The notes: generated by a model from the letters alone, not told the origin. A DNA stretch of 64,000 nucleotides from an uncultured bacterium (GCA_963839205.1 CAWITU010000002.1:772-64771), one strand, 5' to 3'. Shown: positions 45,184-54,354, counted from the first letter of the stretch. Numbers and translations: made by a program.

Positions 45184-46648
45184 TTATTTCACCCAGTATT
45201 TTTTATTGATCTCCCCTATTGATTCTTCCTCAAGTTTTTCTTTCATTTCCTTGCCCTTCTCTCCTAATTTCAAAAGTTCTTTATCGCTCATTTTAGCCAT
45301 ATTCTTAGCCTCTTTTTCTAGATATTCTTCGGTATTTAATTCAGGATTTTCTAATACTTCTTCCAATAATGCGTGTAGAATTTGACCAATCTTTGGTCCA
45401 GGTTGAAGCTTTGTAATATCAATTATTTTCTGACCATTTATTTTTAGCATTGAAACCGACAATGGATCTCTCATCGCCTGTTCAATCATTGCTGTATATT
45501 TTCTAAGTCGATATGGACTTTCTTTTGGTCTCCCTGTTCCAATACGATCACACATTCTAACTTTCATTAAATTCCAAATATTTTCAGGACCAACATTTCT
45601 TACCATTCTACGAACAGCAGATAAAGTTATTTGTTCGGTGTCAGAAAAAAACATGTGCCACCTAACAAGGTTGCTCACATCGTCAACTGTCTTTTTGGGA
45701 AATTTTAGATCAGTCAGTGTCTTTTTGGTTATTCTGGAACCAACAACGTCATGTCCGTAGAAAGTCCATTCCTTTTTAGGCTCTGAATAACGCCTGGTGT
45801 GAGGTTTGGCTATATCATGAAACAAAGCCGCTAATCTGACCTCTAATGGCCAATTCTTGTCCGCAGAGTGCTGTACAGTCCTAAGTAGGTGTTCCCATAC
45901 CTCATAGGCATGGGCTTTGTTTTGTTTGATTCCAATGCTTTTCTCAAGTTCTGGAGCAATAAATGGTAGTAAACCTATATCCTGAGCCATAATGATACCT
46001 TTCATTGGGTTTTTAGACATAAGAATTCTAATGAATTCCTCTCTGAATTCGCTCTTTAGCGATGCTTTCTAGGTGTTTCACATGTAACATCATGGCCTTT
46101 TTGGTATCCATGTTAATCGTGAAACCTAATTCTGAGGCAAAACGGACAGCTCTGAGTATTCGGAGGGCATCCTCAAGGAATCTTTCCTCTGGCTTCCCTA
46201 CCGCTCTAATCACTTTGTCCTTTATATCCTGTTGTCCTTTATAAGGATCAACGAGCGTTTCGTTTTCCTCATCATAAGCAATTGCGTTGATTGTGAAGTC
46301 TCTCCTCTTTAGATCATCAACAAGATTCTTACTAAATGTAACTTTATCTGGGTGGCGGAAGTCGCTATAAGTAGTTTCAATTCTGTATGGTGTTACCTCT
46401 ATCACCTTCAGGGTTTCGTCGGTTGTTTCCTCGTTAACTATGCCAACCGTTCCATATTGGTTTTCATAGAAAGTTTTTACAAAAAGTGCCTGAATCTGCT
46501 CAGGGTTTGCATTCGTAGTTATGTCCCAATCCTTTGGCTTTCTCTTCAAGATTAAATCTCTAACACAACCACCCACTAAATAAGCCTCAAAATTGGCTTT
46601 TTTGAGGGTTTCGGTTATTCGTGAAACTTCTTTAGGGATACCTTTCAT
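45184..46648 (-). CDS. cca: CCA-adding tRNA nucleotidyltransferase with HD domain, split by one frameshift at about 46025
   Basis: ORF 46028-46648 has LVGGCVRDLILKRKPKDWDITT and RDFTINA. ORF 45184-46020 has the HD domain (LFHDIAKP). The junction KERI|REEFIRILMSKNP is restored by a 1-nt frame change. Confidence 0.85.
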
Positions 46649-46705
46649 TTACGCATTCTAGCTAATTTTTCGCATAAAGGCTATGTAATGATATGATAAT
46701 TTTAC

Positions 46706-46777
46706 GCCCTCGTGGTGAAATGGATATCACAACAGTCTTCGGAACTGTTGTTCCGGGTTCGAATCCTGGCGGGGGCA
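46706..46777 (+). tRNA. tRNA-Arg (anticodon UCG), no encoded CCA
   Basis: Acceptor GCCCTCG/CGGGGGC, anticodon arm ACAGT-CTTCGGA-ACTGT, T-loop GGTTCGAATCC. Confidence 0.9.
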
Positions 46778-46845
46778 CAACTATATATCCTGGCAAGGTC
46801 AAAAAATTTCTGATATATTAAGTCAGCTTTTCGCGACTACGTGAA

Positions 46846-46883
46846 GCGGGCCTGCCCCGCCGTAGCTCACGAAGTGAGCGAAG
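46846..46883 (+). promoter_or_regulatory. structured tRNA-Gly(GCC) leader: acceptor-like minihelix + GAA-loop hairpin
   Basis: GCGGG-cctgc-CCCGC (46846-46860), then GCTCAC-gaa-GTGAGC (46865-46879), ending 4 nt before the tRNA. In an alternative pairing, TGCCCCGCC pairs with the tRNA 5' strand GGCGGGCA. Confidence 0.6.
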
Positions 46884-46957
46884 GCGGGCATGGTTTAGTG
46901 GTAGAACACATCCTTGCCAAGGATGAGACGGGAGTTCGATTCTCCCTGCCCGCACCA
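46884..46957 (+). tRNA. tRNA-Gly (anticodon GCC), CCA encoded
   Basis: Acceptor GCGGGCA/TGCCCGC, anticodon arm CATCC-TTGCCAA-GGATG, T-loop AGTTCGATTCT, 3' ACCA. Confidence 0.95.
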
Positions 46958-47058
46958 ATTTAATCACCTTTATCTGTTAGGTTCCCCAATCATTCATTAT
47001 AAATTCAGGTATTTTCATGTATTCTTATTTGATTGTTCAGCAGGATTCATATATATTT

Positions 47059-47282
47059 GTTTCATATGAAACTGTGGATAAACCTGTGAACATGTGTATA
47101 AAGGACATTTCGGATGAGTCTTTTATCTATTCAATTTCAATGGTGTCCAATATGTAATAATGGCTTTGAATATGGCTTATATACCAAAATGTCTATTAAA
47201 ATATAGTCCTTTATTACGTAGTATTAAATATGTTTCACGTGAAACATATTATGACTATATAGACGTTAAACATGAAACATAT
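47059..47282. promoter_or_regulatory. palindromic operator-like sites upstream of and overlapping the yraN start
   Basis: GTTTCATATGAAAC (47059-47072), the 24-bp perfect palindrome AATATGTTTCACGTGAAACATATT (47226-47249), and the half-site TGAAACATATT (47272-47282) on the start codon. A perfect DnaA box TGTGGATAA lies at 47073-47081. Confidence 0.5.
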
Positions 47283-47658
47283 TGAACCAAAAATAAGGCC
47301 TAAAAACATAGTAAATGGAAAAATTGGTGAGAATATCGCTACTAAGTTCCTAGAGCGAAAATGTTACACGATTCTTGATCGAAATTATTTAAGGAAGTGG
47401 GGAGAGTTAGATATAGTTGCTCTAAAGGACAACGTTGTTAGTTTTGTAGAAGTTAAAACTATTTCTAATCCGCTATATCGGGCAGAAGAAAATATGCACA
47501 CTTGGAAATTAAAAAGATTGAGGAGAGCAGTTCAAACTTATTTACTTGAAAATGGACATTTGGAGAAATATGATTGGCAATTTGATTTGATAACTGTGCT
47601 ATTGGATTTTAATAAAAGGGTAGGGAAGGTTAAACATTTGAAAGATATTATTATCTAA
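47272..47658 (+). CDS. yraN: YraN family (UPF0102) endonuclease-like protein
   Basis: GKIGENIATKFLERKCYTILDRNYLRKWGELDIVALKDNVVSFVEVKT matches the YraN pattern (G..E..A..L....Y.IL.RN......GE.D). Confidence 0.8.
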   Translation: MKHIEPKIRPKNIVNGKIGENIATKFLERKCYTILDRNYLRKWGELDIVALKDNVVSFVEVKTISNPLYRAEENMHTWKLKRLRRAVQTYLLENGHLEKYDWQFDLITVLLDFNKRVGKVKHLKDIII

Positions 47659-47705
47659 ATTAATTGTGATTTTGGGTCAGTTCGTGATACATTAGAGCCT
47701 CATCA

Positions 47706-47778
47706 CGGAGTGTGGTGTAACGGCTAACATACTTGCTTTGGGAGCAAGGGACTCCGGGTTCGAATCCCGGCACTCCGA
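47706..47778 (+). tRNA. tRNA-Pro (anticodon UGG), no encoded CCA
   Basis: Acceptor CGGAGTG/CACTCCG, anticodon arm CTTGC-TTTGGGA-GCAAG, T-loop GGTTCGAATCC. Confidence 0.9.
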
Positions 47779-47786
47779 ATTAGTTT

Positions 47787-48095
47787 ATGTCTCAGACTTT
47801 CAGTAAAAAAGTAGAAGATTTTAAGTGTGAAAACTGTGGTTTTGATGTTTCTGGAAATGGATACACTAACCATTGTCCGAAGTGTCTTTGGAGTAAGCAT
47901 GTGGATATCCACCCTGGAGATAGATTGTCAAAATGTGGGGGAATGATGAAGCCGATTTCTGTGGAATCTAAAAATGGGGAATATGTTATTACTCATTCTT
48001 GCGTTATTTGTGGACATAATAAAAATAATAAAACTTCTCCAGAAGATGATTTTGATCAAATAATTAAAGTCTCAAAACTGCCGTTGACTTCCTAA
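47787..48095 (+). CDS. RNHCP domain-containing zinc-ribbon protein
   Basis: FKCENCGFDVSGNGYTNHCPKCLWSKHVDIHPGDRLSKCGGMMKP matches the RNHCP-domain pattern. Confidence 0.75.
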   Translation: MSQTFSKKVEDFKCENCGFDVSGNGYTNHCPKCLWSKHVDIHPGDRLSKCGGMMKPISVESKNGEYVITHSCVICGHNKNNKTSPEDDFDQIIKVSKLPLTS

Positions 48096-48190
48096 TTTAA
48101 TAGGAGTAAAACTGATATGTGAGTTGTAGTTCTTTGAAAAAATGACTACACGATTTACTACCGCGAGCAAAGCTCGCAGAAGGGTTGCCG

Positions 48191-48700
48191 ATGATGACTA
48201 ATGTTCAGCAGACTATCGCTGACCGTCTCAGACTCGTCCCAAGTTACAGGAGGTTGGTTATCAAGCCGACTGATGGTAAGGAGACGATTAGTGAAGCTAG
48301 GGAAGTATTTGGTGATATTGATCGCGATTTCCTCGGGTGCGATGTTGAGTCAAAACCAACGGCTGAAATGCCAGCGCGGGTTTATGAAATGACCAGAAAC
48401 GGTAGGTTTGGCTATTTCTTTTGCGGATTCAGAAGGAAATTGGATGATCTATGTTTTACTCAACCGCAGATCAAATGTTTTGTTGCAGATTATTCCGACA
48501 TGCTCCATCCGAGCGGGCACAAAACTTGGTTCTTATTCAAGTCCAAAGGGGAACTCCTTGTTGCGCGCGTGACTTGGCTGACTAGTGGTCAGAAAACAAT
48601 AAAGGTCAATCGACTGTTGTCTGAAGTGGTCTGGCCGTGCGCCAATTACCGCTCGCGTCTTGTAGTTCCGGAACTATCCAAATTAGTACTTAGTTCCTAA
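48191..48700 (+). CDS. hypothetical protein in a GC-richer cassette
   Basis: ORF 48185-48700 (ATG at 48191), visibly GC-richer than its neighbours, with its own terminator. No family recognised. Confidence 0.5.
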   Translation: MMTNVQQTIADRLRLVPSYRRLVIKPTDGKETISEAREVFGDIDRDFLGCDVESKPTAEMPARVYEMTRNGRFGYFFCGFRRKLDDLCFTQPQIKCFVADYSDMLHPSGHKTWFLFKSKGELLVARVTWLTSGQKTIKVNRLLSEVVWPCANYRSRLVVPELSKLVLSS

Positions 48701-48718
48701 GTTGAGTTCGTCATTATT

Positions 48719-48750
48719 CCCTGACCATCCGAAATTTCGGAAGGTCAGGG
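48719..48750 (+). terminator. rho-independent terminator
   Basis: CCCTGACC-a-TCCGAAATTTCGGA-a-GGTCAGGG, followed by GATTTTATTTTT. Confidence 0.85.
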
Positions 48751-48785
48751 GATTTTATTTTTATACAAAATTTATTTAAACTAAA

Positions 48786-49982
48786 TTAGTAGTGACCAGG
48801 GTTAGCTTTAATAAGTTCCTGGGCGAGGGGAATACCGGGGCCATTTTCGAAATCGGTTTTGAAAATGGCCCCGGCGCCCGTCACAATATCATTAAGACTT
48901 TCATTAATATTTGCTTGAAGACTTCGATTTATATATGAAGTTGAAATTGCATCTAAACTTCTTCCCCCCGTTGAGGAGTCGTCCATTGATGTGGAAACAA
49001 TACCGATGAGTTGATTGTTTGAATCAGTGATTGCTCCGCCGGATGAGCCTTTTTGCGCTACGTTTGATAGTGGCAAGAGAAATTAGATCAGAACTATTAT
49101 CTGAATTAAAACTATATATATTCTCAACTTTTCCGGTTTCCGAAATTAGATTTAGATTATTTAATACTTGGTCGCCAGAAGAATTTCCAGCAGGATAAGC
49201 CGTTGCCTTGGCTTGGGTTAAAGAAGTTTGGTCTTGGGTATTTATAGTAATAATTTTTGGAGCCACAGTTTTATTTTCACCAGTGATCTCCAAAAGTCCG
49301 TAGTCATATTCTCCGGTACCTTCTGGATTGTTTTGCGAAATAGCAGTTAGGTTATTTTTAATCCATTGTGGTGGCTCATAAAGAACTTTTAATGAATAAA
49401 GAGTTTTGGCAGGGGAGCCGACTCTGCCAACACAGCTTCTATTTGGATCATTTAAATAATCATCAATCAGAACATATTGAGCGACGTGAGCATTAGTCAA
49501 AATGACATCTTGGGAAATAATAACACCGCTGGCAGTAACCATGGTTATATTATTTCCGACTCTAGTGGTGCAAAAAATATTAACGACAGAATCTGATGGG
49601 GTTGTGGCATTTTGGCTTGGAGGAAGGGCAACATTAGTACTTTGTTTTAGGTTTGTTAAGCCAACTGGTGCGCTCGGTTGAGTTGGTTGGGTGGAGTTGC
49701 TGTTGTTCGAAGATTGGTAGAAACAGTTTTTAGTGGAACTTGTTTAAAATCCGGTGCGACAATTTTCAAATAGGGAAGCGTGGCATTTTGATTCGCAGTA
49801 ACTTGTGGTTTTGCTTCTGGTTGAAATCCAATTACATCTGATAATCCAATTTGAGTATTACTTGAAGTTGCTTGTGGAGGTTTCGATTAATAGAACTTGT
49901 CGTACTTGAACTGAATAGGGAAGAGAGCAAGAAAAATAATGAGAAGACGGTATTAATGACAGATACGGTGGCTGTAGGTCAT
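48786..49982 (-). pseudogene. membrane-anchored trypsin-like (S1/HtrA-type) serine protease, multiply frameshifted
   Basis: His motif ILTNAHV (ORF 49024-49542) and Ser motif GSSGGA (ORF 48786-49076) are in different frames. The N-terminal parts (TM segment, VVNIFCTTRVGNN) upstream of 49542 need further frame changes. The start is tentatively ATG 49982. Confidence 0.65.
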
Positions 49983-50041
49983 AGGAAGAGTATATCAAAA
50001 TTGTCTGAAATAGATTGGTCTGATATATTAATGAAGCTTTG

Positions 50042-50091
50042 GCGGGCTTGCCTCGCGAAGTCCTGCTTCGCTGAAGCTTCGCAGGACGTAG
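50042..50091 (+). promoter_or_regulatory. structured tRNA-Gly(UCC) leader: acceptor-like minihelix + hairpin
   Basis: GCGGG-cttgc-CTCGC (50042-50056; 13/15 identical to the motif at 46846), then GTCCTGC...GCAGGAC (50060-50087), ending 4 nt before the tRNA. Confidence 0.6.
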
Positions 50092-50162
50092 GCGGGATTA
50101 GTTTAATGGTAGAATAACAGTTTTCCAAACTGTGGGTGGGAGTTCGATTCTCCCATCCCGCA
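50092..50162 (+). tRNA. tRNA-Gly (anticodon UCC), no encoded CCA
   Basis: Acceptor GCGGGAT/ATCCCGC, anticodon arm ACAGT-TTTCCAA-ACTGT, T-loop AGTTCGATTCT. Confidence 0.9.
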
Positions 50163-50170
50163 TAAATGCA

Positions 50171-50198
50171 AAAGGTCAGGACTTGTTCCTGGCCTTTT
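50171..50198 (+). terminator. rho-independent terminator after tRNA-Gly(UCC)
   Basis: AAAGGTCAGGA-cttgt-TCCTGGCCTTT, followed by a T run. Confidence 0.75.
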
Positions 50199-50317
50199 GT
50201 ATTTACTGCTATTCATTAGAGAGAATCGAAAGCCGGAGCGAAGTTGCTATGTCGCAATCAATCTTCAGCGACAAGCAACGAGCGAGGCGGGGTCGCGGAA
50301 ATTTTGCGCAGCAAAAT

Positions 50318-50338
50318 TATCCGTAACCGATTCTCCAT
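50318..50338 (+). repeat. degenerate direct copy of the tRNA-Gly(UCC) 3' end (att-like scar)
   Basis: AACCGATTCTCC-ATCCCACA compared with the tRNA 3' end GTTCGATTCTCCCATCCCGCA. It lies about 155 nt downstream of the tRNA. Confidence 0.6.
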
Positions 50339-50367
50339 CCCACAGATTAGTATAAGAATGGTAAAGC

Positions 50368-50397
50368 AAAAATCCTCCCTGTTACGGGAGGATTTTT
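50368..50397 (-). terminator. terminator of hup (bidirectional hairpin)
   Basis: AAAATCCTCCC-tgttac-GGGAGGATTTT, with A/T runs on both sides. Confidence 0.8.
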
Positions 50398-50421
50398 GCT
50401 TTTTCTTTAAAGAAAACTAAA

Positions 50422-50694
50422 TTATTTAACTGCTTCTTTCAAAGCTTTGGCGGCGCGGAATTTTGGTACGCGCATAGCTGCAACCTTGATTGCTTCACCG
50501 GTTCGAGGATTTCGAGCGGTTCTAGCAGCTCTCTGCTTTGCAGAGAAGATACCAAGACCTGCAATTGAAACCTCATCGCCTTTCTTTAGACTGTTAACGA
50601 TTGAATCAATAACAGTGTCAACAACTTGTTCGGCTTGAACCTTTGTTCCACCGAGAACTTGCTGTACTGCTTCAACGATACTTGCTTTATTCAT
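50422..50694 (-). CDS. hup: HU family DNA-binding protein
   Basis: 90 aa. MNKASIVEAV...GDEVSIAGLGIFSAKQRAARTARNPRTGEAIKVAAMRVPKFRAAKALKEAV. Confidence 0.95.
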   Translation of the reverse strand: MNKASIVEAVQQVLGGTKVQAEQVVDTVIDSIVNSLKKGDEVSIAGLGIFSAKQRAARTARNPRTGEAIKVAAMRVPKFRAAKALKEAVK

Positions 50695-50786
50695 ATTTTT
50701 TAAATTAAAAAATAATTAATTCGACCGCTTATAACTAGCAATCATTATATAGTAAGCCATTTTTGGCGCAATAGGGAGAAAATTTA

Positions 50787-52316
50787 CTATCTTGCGAACT
50801 CAATAACTCTATTTTCTCGAATGACCGTAACTTTAATTTCACCAGGATATTTAAGTTCACCTTCGATACGAATAACCATATCTCTAGCCATTTTTTGGGC
50901 TTCCATGTCTGAAACTTCAGTTGGAACAACGAATACTCTAATCTCTCTACCAGCCTGAAGTGCGTATGATTTTTCAACACCTTTGAATGAATTAGCAATT
51001 GCTTCAAGGTCTCCAAGTCGTTTTAGATAATTCTCAACACTGTCACGTCTGGCACCTGGACGGCCTCCAGAAATAGCATCAGCGGTCTGAACAATTCTAG
51101 ATTCAAGTGTTTCGTAAGGATATTCTTCATGATGAGCCTGCATCGCTTTGACGATATCTTCGCTCGCACCAAATTTTTGTAGAATTCTTCTACCAATCTC
51201 AACGTGTGTTCCAGCAACTTCGTGATCAAGAGCCTTACCAATGTCATGAAGAAGTGCTCCAGCTTTGGCTGTGGCAACATTTGCACCAAGTTCTTCGGCT
51301 ATCATGCCGGCAATGTGGGCCATTTCTACAGAGTGTTGAAGAACATTCTGTCCGTAACTTGTTCTGAAGTATAAACGGCCAAGAATTGAGACAATGCGTG
51401 GATCCAAATTGAAAACTCCACATTCATAAGCGGCTTGTTCACCTTTTTCTTTGATAATTTTATTAATTTCAGACTTTGCTTTTTCAACCTCCTTCTCAAT
51501 TTTGGCTGGTTGAATTCTACCGTCTAGAATAAGAGCCTCTAGGGCCACACGAGCAACCTGTCGTCTTATTGGATCAAATGAAGAGATGATGATTGATCCT
51601 GGGGTGTCGTCAACAATGACTTCAACGCCAGTGATTCTTTCAAAAGCTTTAATGTTTCTTCCTTCCTTTCCAATAATTTTGCCTTTAATTTCGTCAGAGG
51701 GAATAGTGACACTTGTTGTAAAAATATCTTGGCTGACAGAATTGGCGAGACGTTGAATTGAAGTTGTCAAAATTTCTTTAGCTTTTTGCTCTAACTTCTC
51801 AGCATTTCCCATTTCTAATTTCTGCAAACGAACACGGAGATCTTCCTCACTATTTTTCTCCATAGTGCTGACCAACTCATTTTTAGCGTCTTCCTCGGTC
51901 ATACCCGCAATTTTTTGGAGTTCTTTTTTCTTCTCCTCGTCTGCTTTGGCTAACCTTTCCTTGAGTTCATCTGCTTCTAAAATTCTTTTCTTAATAAGTT
52001 CTGATTCTTTGTCTATATCAACTTGGCGTTTATCCAAAAATTCCTCCTTGTTAATTAATCTATCCTCGGTTTTCTTTGTTTTTTCTGCGTGCTCTTTGGC
52101 TTCTTCACGCGTGGTGCGCAAAGTTTCGCTGGCTTCCTTTTCGGCATCCAACGTAATTTTTTTGGCAGCTTCCCTTGCTTCAAGCATCATCTGCTTGATC
52201 TCAAGTTCCATTGAACCTTTTCGGCCCAAGGCAATAATCACTCGAAGGAAATATCCTACGAGTGCGCCCAAAGCCAGAGCCGCTAGAAAGATCAGGGCAA
52301 CTAGTTTTAAAGACAT
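50787..52316 (-). CDS. rny: ribonuclease Y
   Basis: 509 aa. N-terminal TM helix, long coiled coil, KH domain (GKIIGKEGRNIKAFE), and HD domain (LLHDIGKA). Confidence 0.95.
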   Translation of the reverse strand: MSLKLVALIFLAALALGALVGYFLRVIIALGRKGSMELEIKQMMLEAREAAKKITLDAEKEASETLRTTREEAKEHAEKTKKTEDRLINKEEFLDKRQVDIDKESELIKKRILEADELKERLAKADEEKKKELQKIAGMTEEDAKNELVSTMEKNSEEDLRVRLQKLEMGNAEKLEQKAKEILTTSIQRLANSVSQDIFTTSVTIPSDEIKGKIIGKEGRNIKAFERITGVEVIVDDTPGSIIISSFDPIRRQVARVALEALILDGRIQPAKIEKEVEKAKSEINKIIKEKGEQAAYECGVFNLDPRIVSILGRLYFRTSYGQNVLQHSVEMAHIAGMIAEELGANVATAKAGALLHDIGKALDHEVAGTHVEIGRRILQKFGASEDIVKAMQAHHEEYPYETLESRIVQTADAISGGRPGARRDSVENYLKRLGDLEAIANSFKGVEKSYALQAGREIRVFVVPTEVSDMEAQKMARDMVIRIEGELKYPGEIKVTVIRENRVIEFAR

Positions 52317-52488
52317 GGTGGCGGTATTTCGCCTTTATAGGTTAGCAATCCTCGATGGAATGGTTCTTCTCTTTAGATTTTGAATAGCTTAATGCCATAA
52401 AGAATTGAAAATTTCAGGCGAAAGTAAATTAAATGGTAATACCACTATAGTAGTACCTTTTGTTTTTTTAGTCAAAATTCGCCTCTTT

Positions 52489-53073
52489 TTAGAGTATTTT
52501 GTCAATAACCCCGTATTTTTTAGATTCTTCGGCTGACATGTAGAAATCTCGCTCAACATCGCTTTGGATTTTGGCAAAAGTTTGGCCAGTATTTTTAGCT
52601 AAAATCTTATTAAGATTTTCTTTAAGTCGAATAATCTGTTTGGCGGTAATTTCAATATCTGTTGCCTGACCTTGGAAACCACCACTTGGTTGGTGAATCA
52701 TAATTTCAGCGTTTGGAAGAGCAAAACGTTTTCCTTTAGTTCCGGAAGATAAAATAACTGCCCCCATGGATGCCGCCATACCGACACAAACAGTCTGAAC
52801 GTCTGGCTTAACATGAAACATTGTGTCAATAATTGCTAAACCCGCTGAAACGGATCCACCTGGGGAATTAACATAAAGGAGAATATCTTTTTTAGCATCT
52901 TCAAATTGTAAAAATAAAAGTTGGGCAATAACTAGGTTGGCAACATCGTCGTCAATTGGTCCAGCAAGAAAAATAATTCGTTCCTTTAATAGGCGTGAAT
53001 AAATATCATAGGCTCTTTCGCCGAATTGTGATTTCTCTAGGACTGTAGGTATAAGCATGGACATAAATTTCAT
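52489..53073 (-). CDS. clpP: ATP-dependent Clp protease proteolytic subunit
   Basis: [30 protein letters not shown], with catalytic GMAASMGA and HQP. The true start is probably one of the internal Met codons (53073/53064/53058) of track ORF 52489-53118. Confidence 0.9.
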   Translation of the reverse strand: MKFMSMLIPTVLEKSQFGERAYDIYSRLLKERIIFLAGPIDDDVANLVIAQLLFLQFEDAKKDILLYVNSPGGSVSAGLAIIDTMFHVKPDVQTVCVGMAASMGAVILSSGTKGKRFALPNAEIMIHQPSGGFQGQATDIEITAKQIIRLKENLNKILAKNTGQTFAKIQSDVERDFYMSAEESKKYGVIDKIL

Positions 53074-53150
53074 GTTTAGCGAATAATAGGGGAAGTATAG
53101 CAGAATAGCCTTTTGCATGGTAGAACTTATATAAAAGGAGACTTAGTTCT

Positions 53151-54212
53151 ATGAAAAATGATATTTCTGTTTTCAGGCCCATCTGGGCAGGTTCGGGACT
53201 TATGAATTTCTATGGTGAAGGTTATCGCTTTCACCGACCAATTAAAAAGATTTTTGGGAACCATTTCCCCAAGGTTACTTTCCTATCTAAGACTACGACG
53301 ATTTTCGGAAGAGAAGGTTTCATGCCGCTTAACGAAAATCTGCAACCTCGGGATTTATTTCCGGCGTGCATTTACGTTAACCATCTTAAACAGATTGTGC
53401 TGAATGCTGTTAGTCTGAGTGGGCCCGGTTTCGGGAATTTGCTTTTCCGTGGGTTGTGGCAAGAGATAATTGAGCCGTGGTGGCTCTCCTTCATGCCAGT
53501 TGAAAATACATTGGAAAAGCAGATTGGTGAAATTAGAATGTTTCGTGATCTTCTAATTTTTCACTTTCCAAATTTTTTGACAAGACAACTTGGTGTTCAG
53601 ATAAATCTGTCCTGCCCAAACACTGGTCACGATGTTAAGGTATCTATTTCTCACATTCTGGCCTTGTTGGATGAACTTGACCCTTTGGTTGCTTTGGGGA
53701 TTGTGATTAGTGTCAAAATAAGTGTTGAGTTCTCACCTGAATTGGGTTTGGCGATTTCTAGACATCGAAATTGTCACGTCCTTCATTTGAGCAACACCGT
53801 TCGATTTCGCGAACTTTCTGACAAAATCGATTGGGATTATTACTTCGGTTCATTACCACAGTACATTCGTGATGGGGCCAAATTCGGCAAAATTAACTGG
53901 GGTGAATATCGTGGGCCAGGGGGATCTCCTTTGGTCAGGCGAAAGGTTAATGGCAAGTATATTAGCCAACCAGGTGGACTTTCTGGAGCACCACTTAAGC
54001 CTTTGGTTGTTGATTGGCTGAAACGGGGCAGGAAACTTGGAATTGTTAAACCAATTAATGCTGGAGGTGGAATTCGACACCCCCTAGACATTGATGAGTT
54101 TAGCGAGGCAGGAGCAGATTCTTTCTCTGTATCATCAGCGATCATACTCGCCCCTCATCAGTTTGGCAGGATTGTGAAAAGGGCCTATCAAATAAAGGGG
54201 TTGGAGTATTAG
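53151..54212 (+). CDS. divergent dihydroorotate dehydrogenase-like TIM-barrel protein
   Basis: NAVSLSGPG, INLSCPNT and GGLSGAPLKPLVVDWL...INAGGGI resemble PyrD family-1 motifs (N.GL.N.G, N.SCPN, GGLSG). GC-richer than the surroundings. Confidence 0.55.
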   Translation: MKNDISVFRPIWAGSGLMNFYGEGYRFHRPIKKIFGNHFPKVTFLSKTTTIFGREGFMPLNENLQPRDLFPACIYVNHLKQIVLNAVSLSGPGFGNLLFRGLWQEIIEPWWLSFMPVENTLEKQIGEIRMFRDLLIFHFPNFLTRQLGVQINLSCPNTGHDVKVSISHILALLDELDPLVALGIVISVKISVEFSPELGLAISRHRNCHVLHLSNTVRFRELSDKIDWDYYFGSLPQYIRDGAKFGKINWGEYRGPGGSPLVRRKVNGKYISQPGGLSGAPLKPLVVDWLKRGRKLGIVKPINAGGGIRHPLDIDEFSEAGADSFSVSSAIILAPHQFGRIVKRAYQIKGLEY

Positions 54213-54229
54213 TTATTTAGGGTTTTTGC

Positions 54230-54256
54230 GGCGGCGACCAATTTTGGGTCGCCGCC
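54230..54256 (+). terminator. rho-independent terminator
   Basis: GGCGGCGACC-aattttg-GGTCGCCGCC, followed by TTTTCTTTT. Confidence 0.85.
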
Positions 54257-54354
54257 TTTTCTTTTATATTGCATTTTTTGTTTTTTACTTTAGTATGACT
54301 TCCGAAACGACAGATAATTTTTTCTGTCATAGAACCCTGAAAGGAAAAGGAAAA

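Noticed and set aside
44908-47081. Perfect DnaA boxes at 44908-44916 and 47073-47081 as a second replication origin
   Set aside because: These are single isolated boxes without clustered additional boxes or a clear unwinding element. The dnaA-linked region is the better oriC candidate. I kept them only as possible DnaA-regulated sites.
50132-50326. ORF 50132-50326 (64 aa) and ORF 49872-50117
   Set aside because: They overlap the tRNA-Gly(UCC) gene, its structured leader and its terminator, so they are an artefact of ORF calling across RNA genes.
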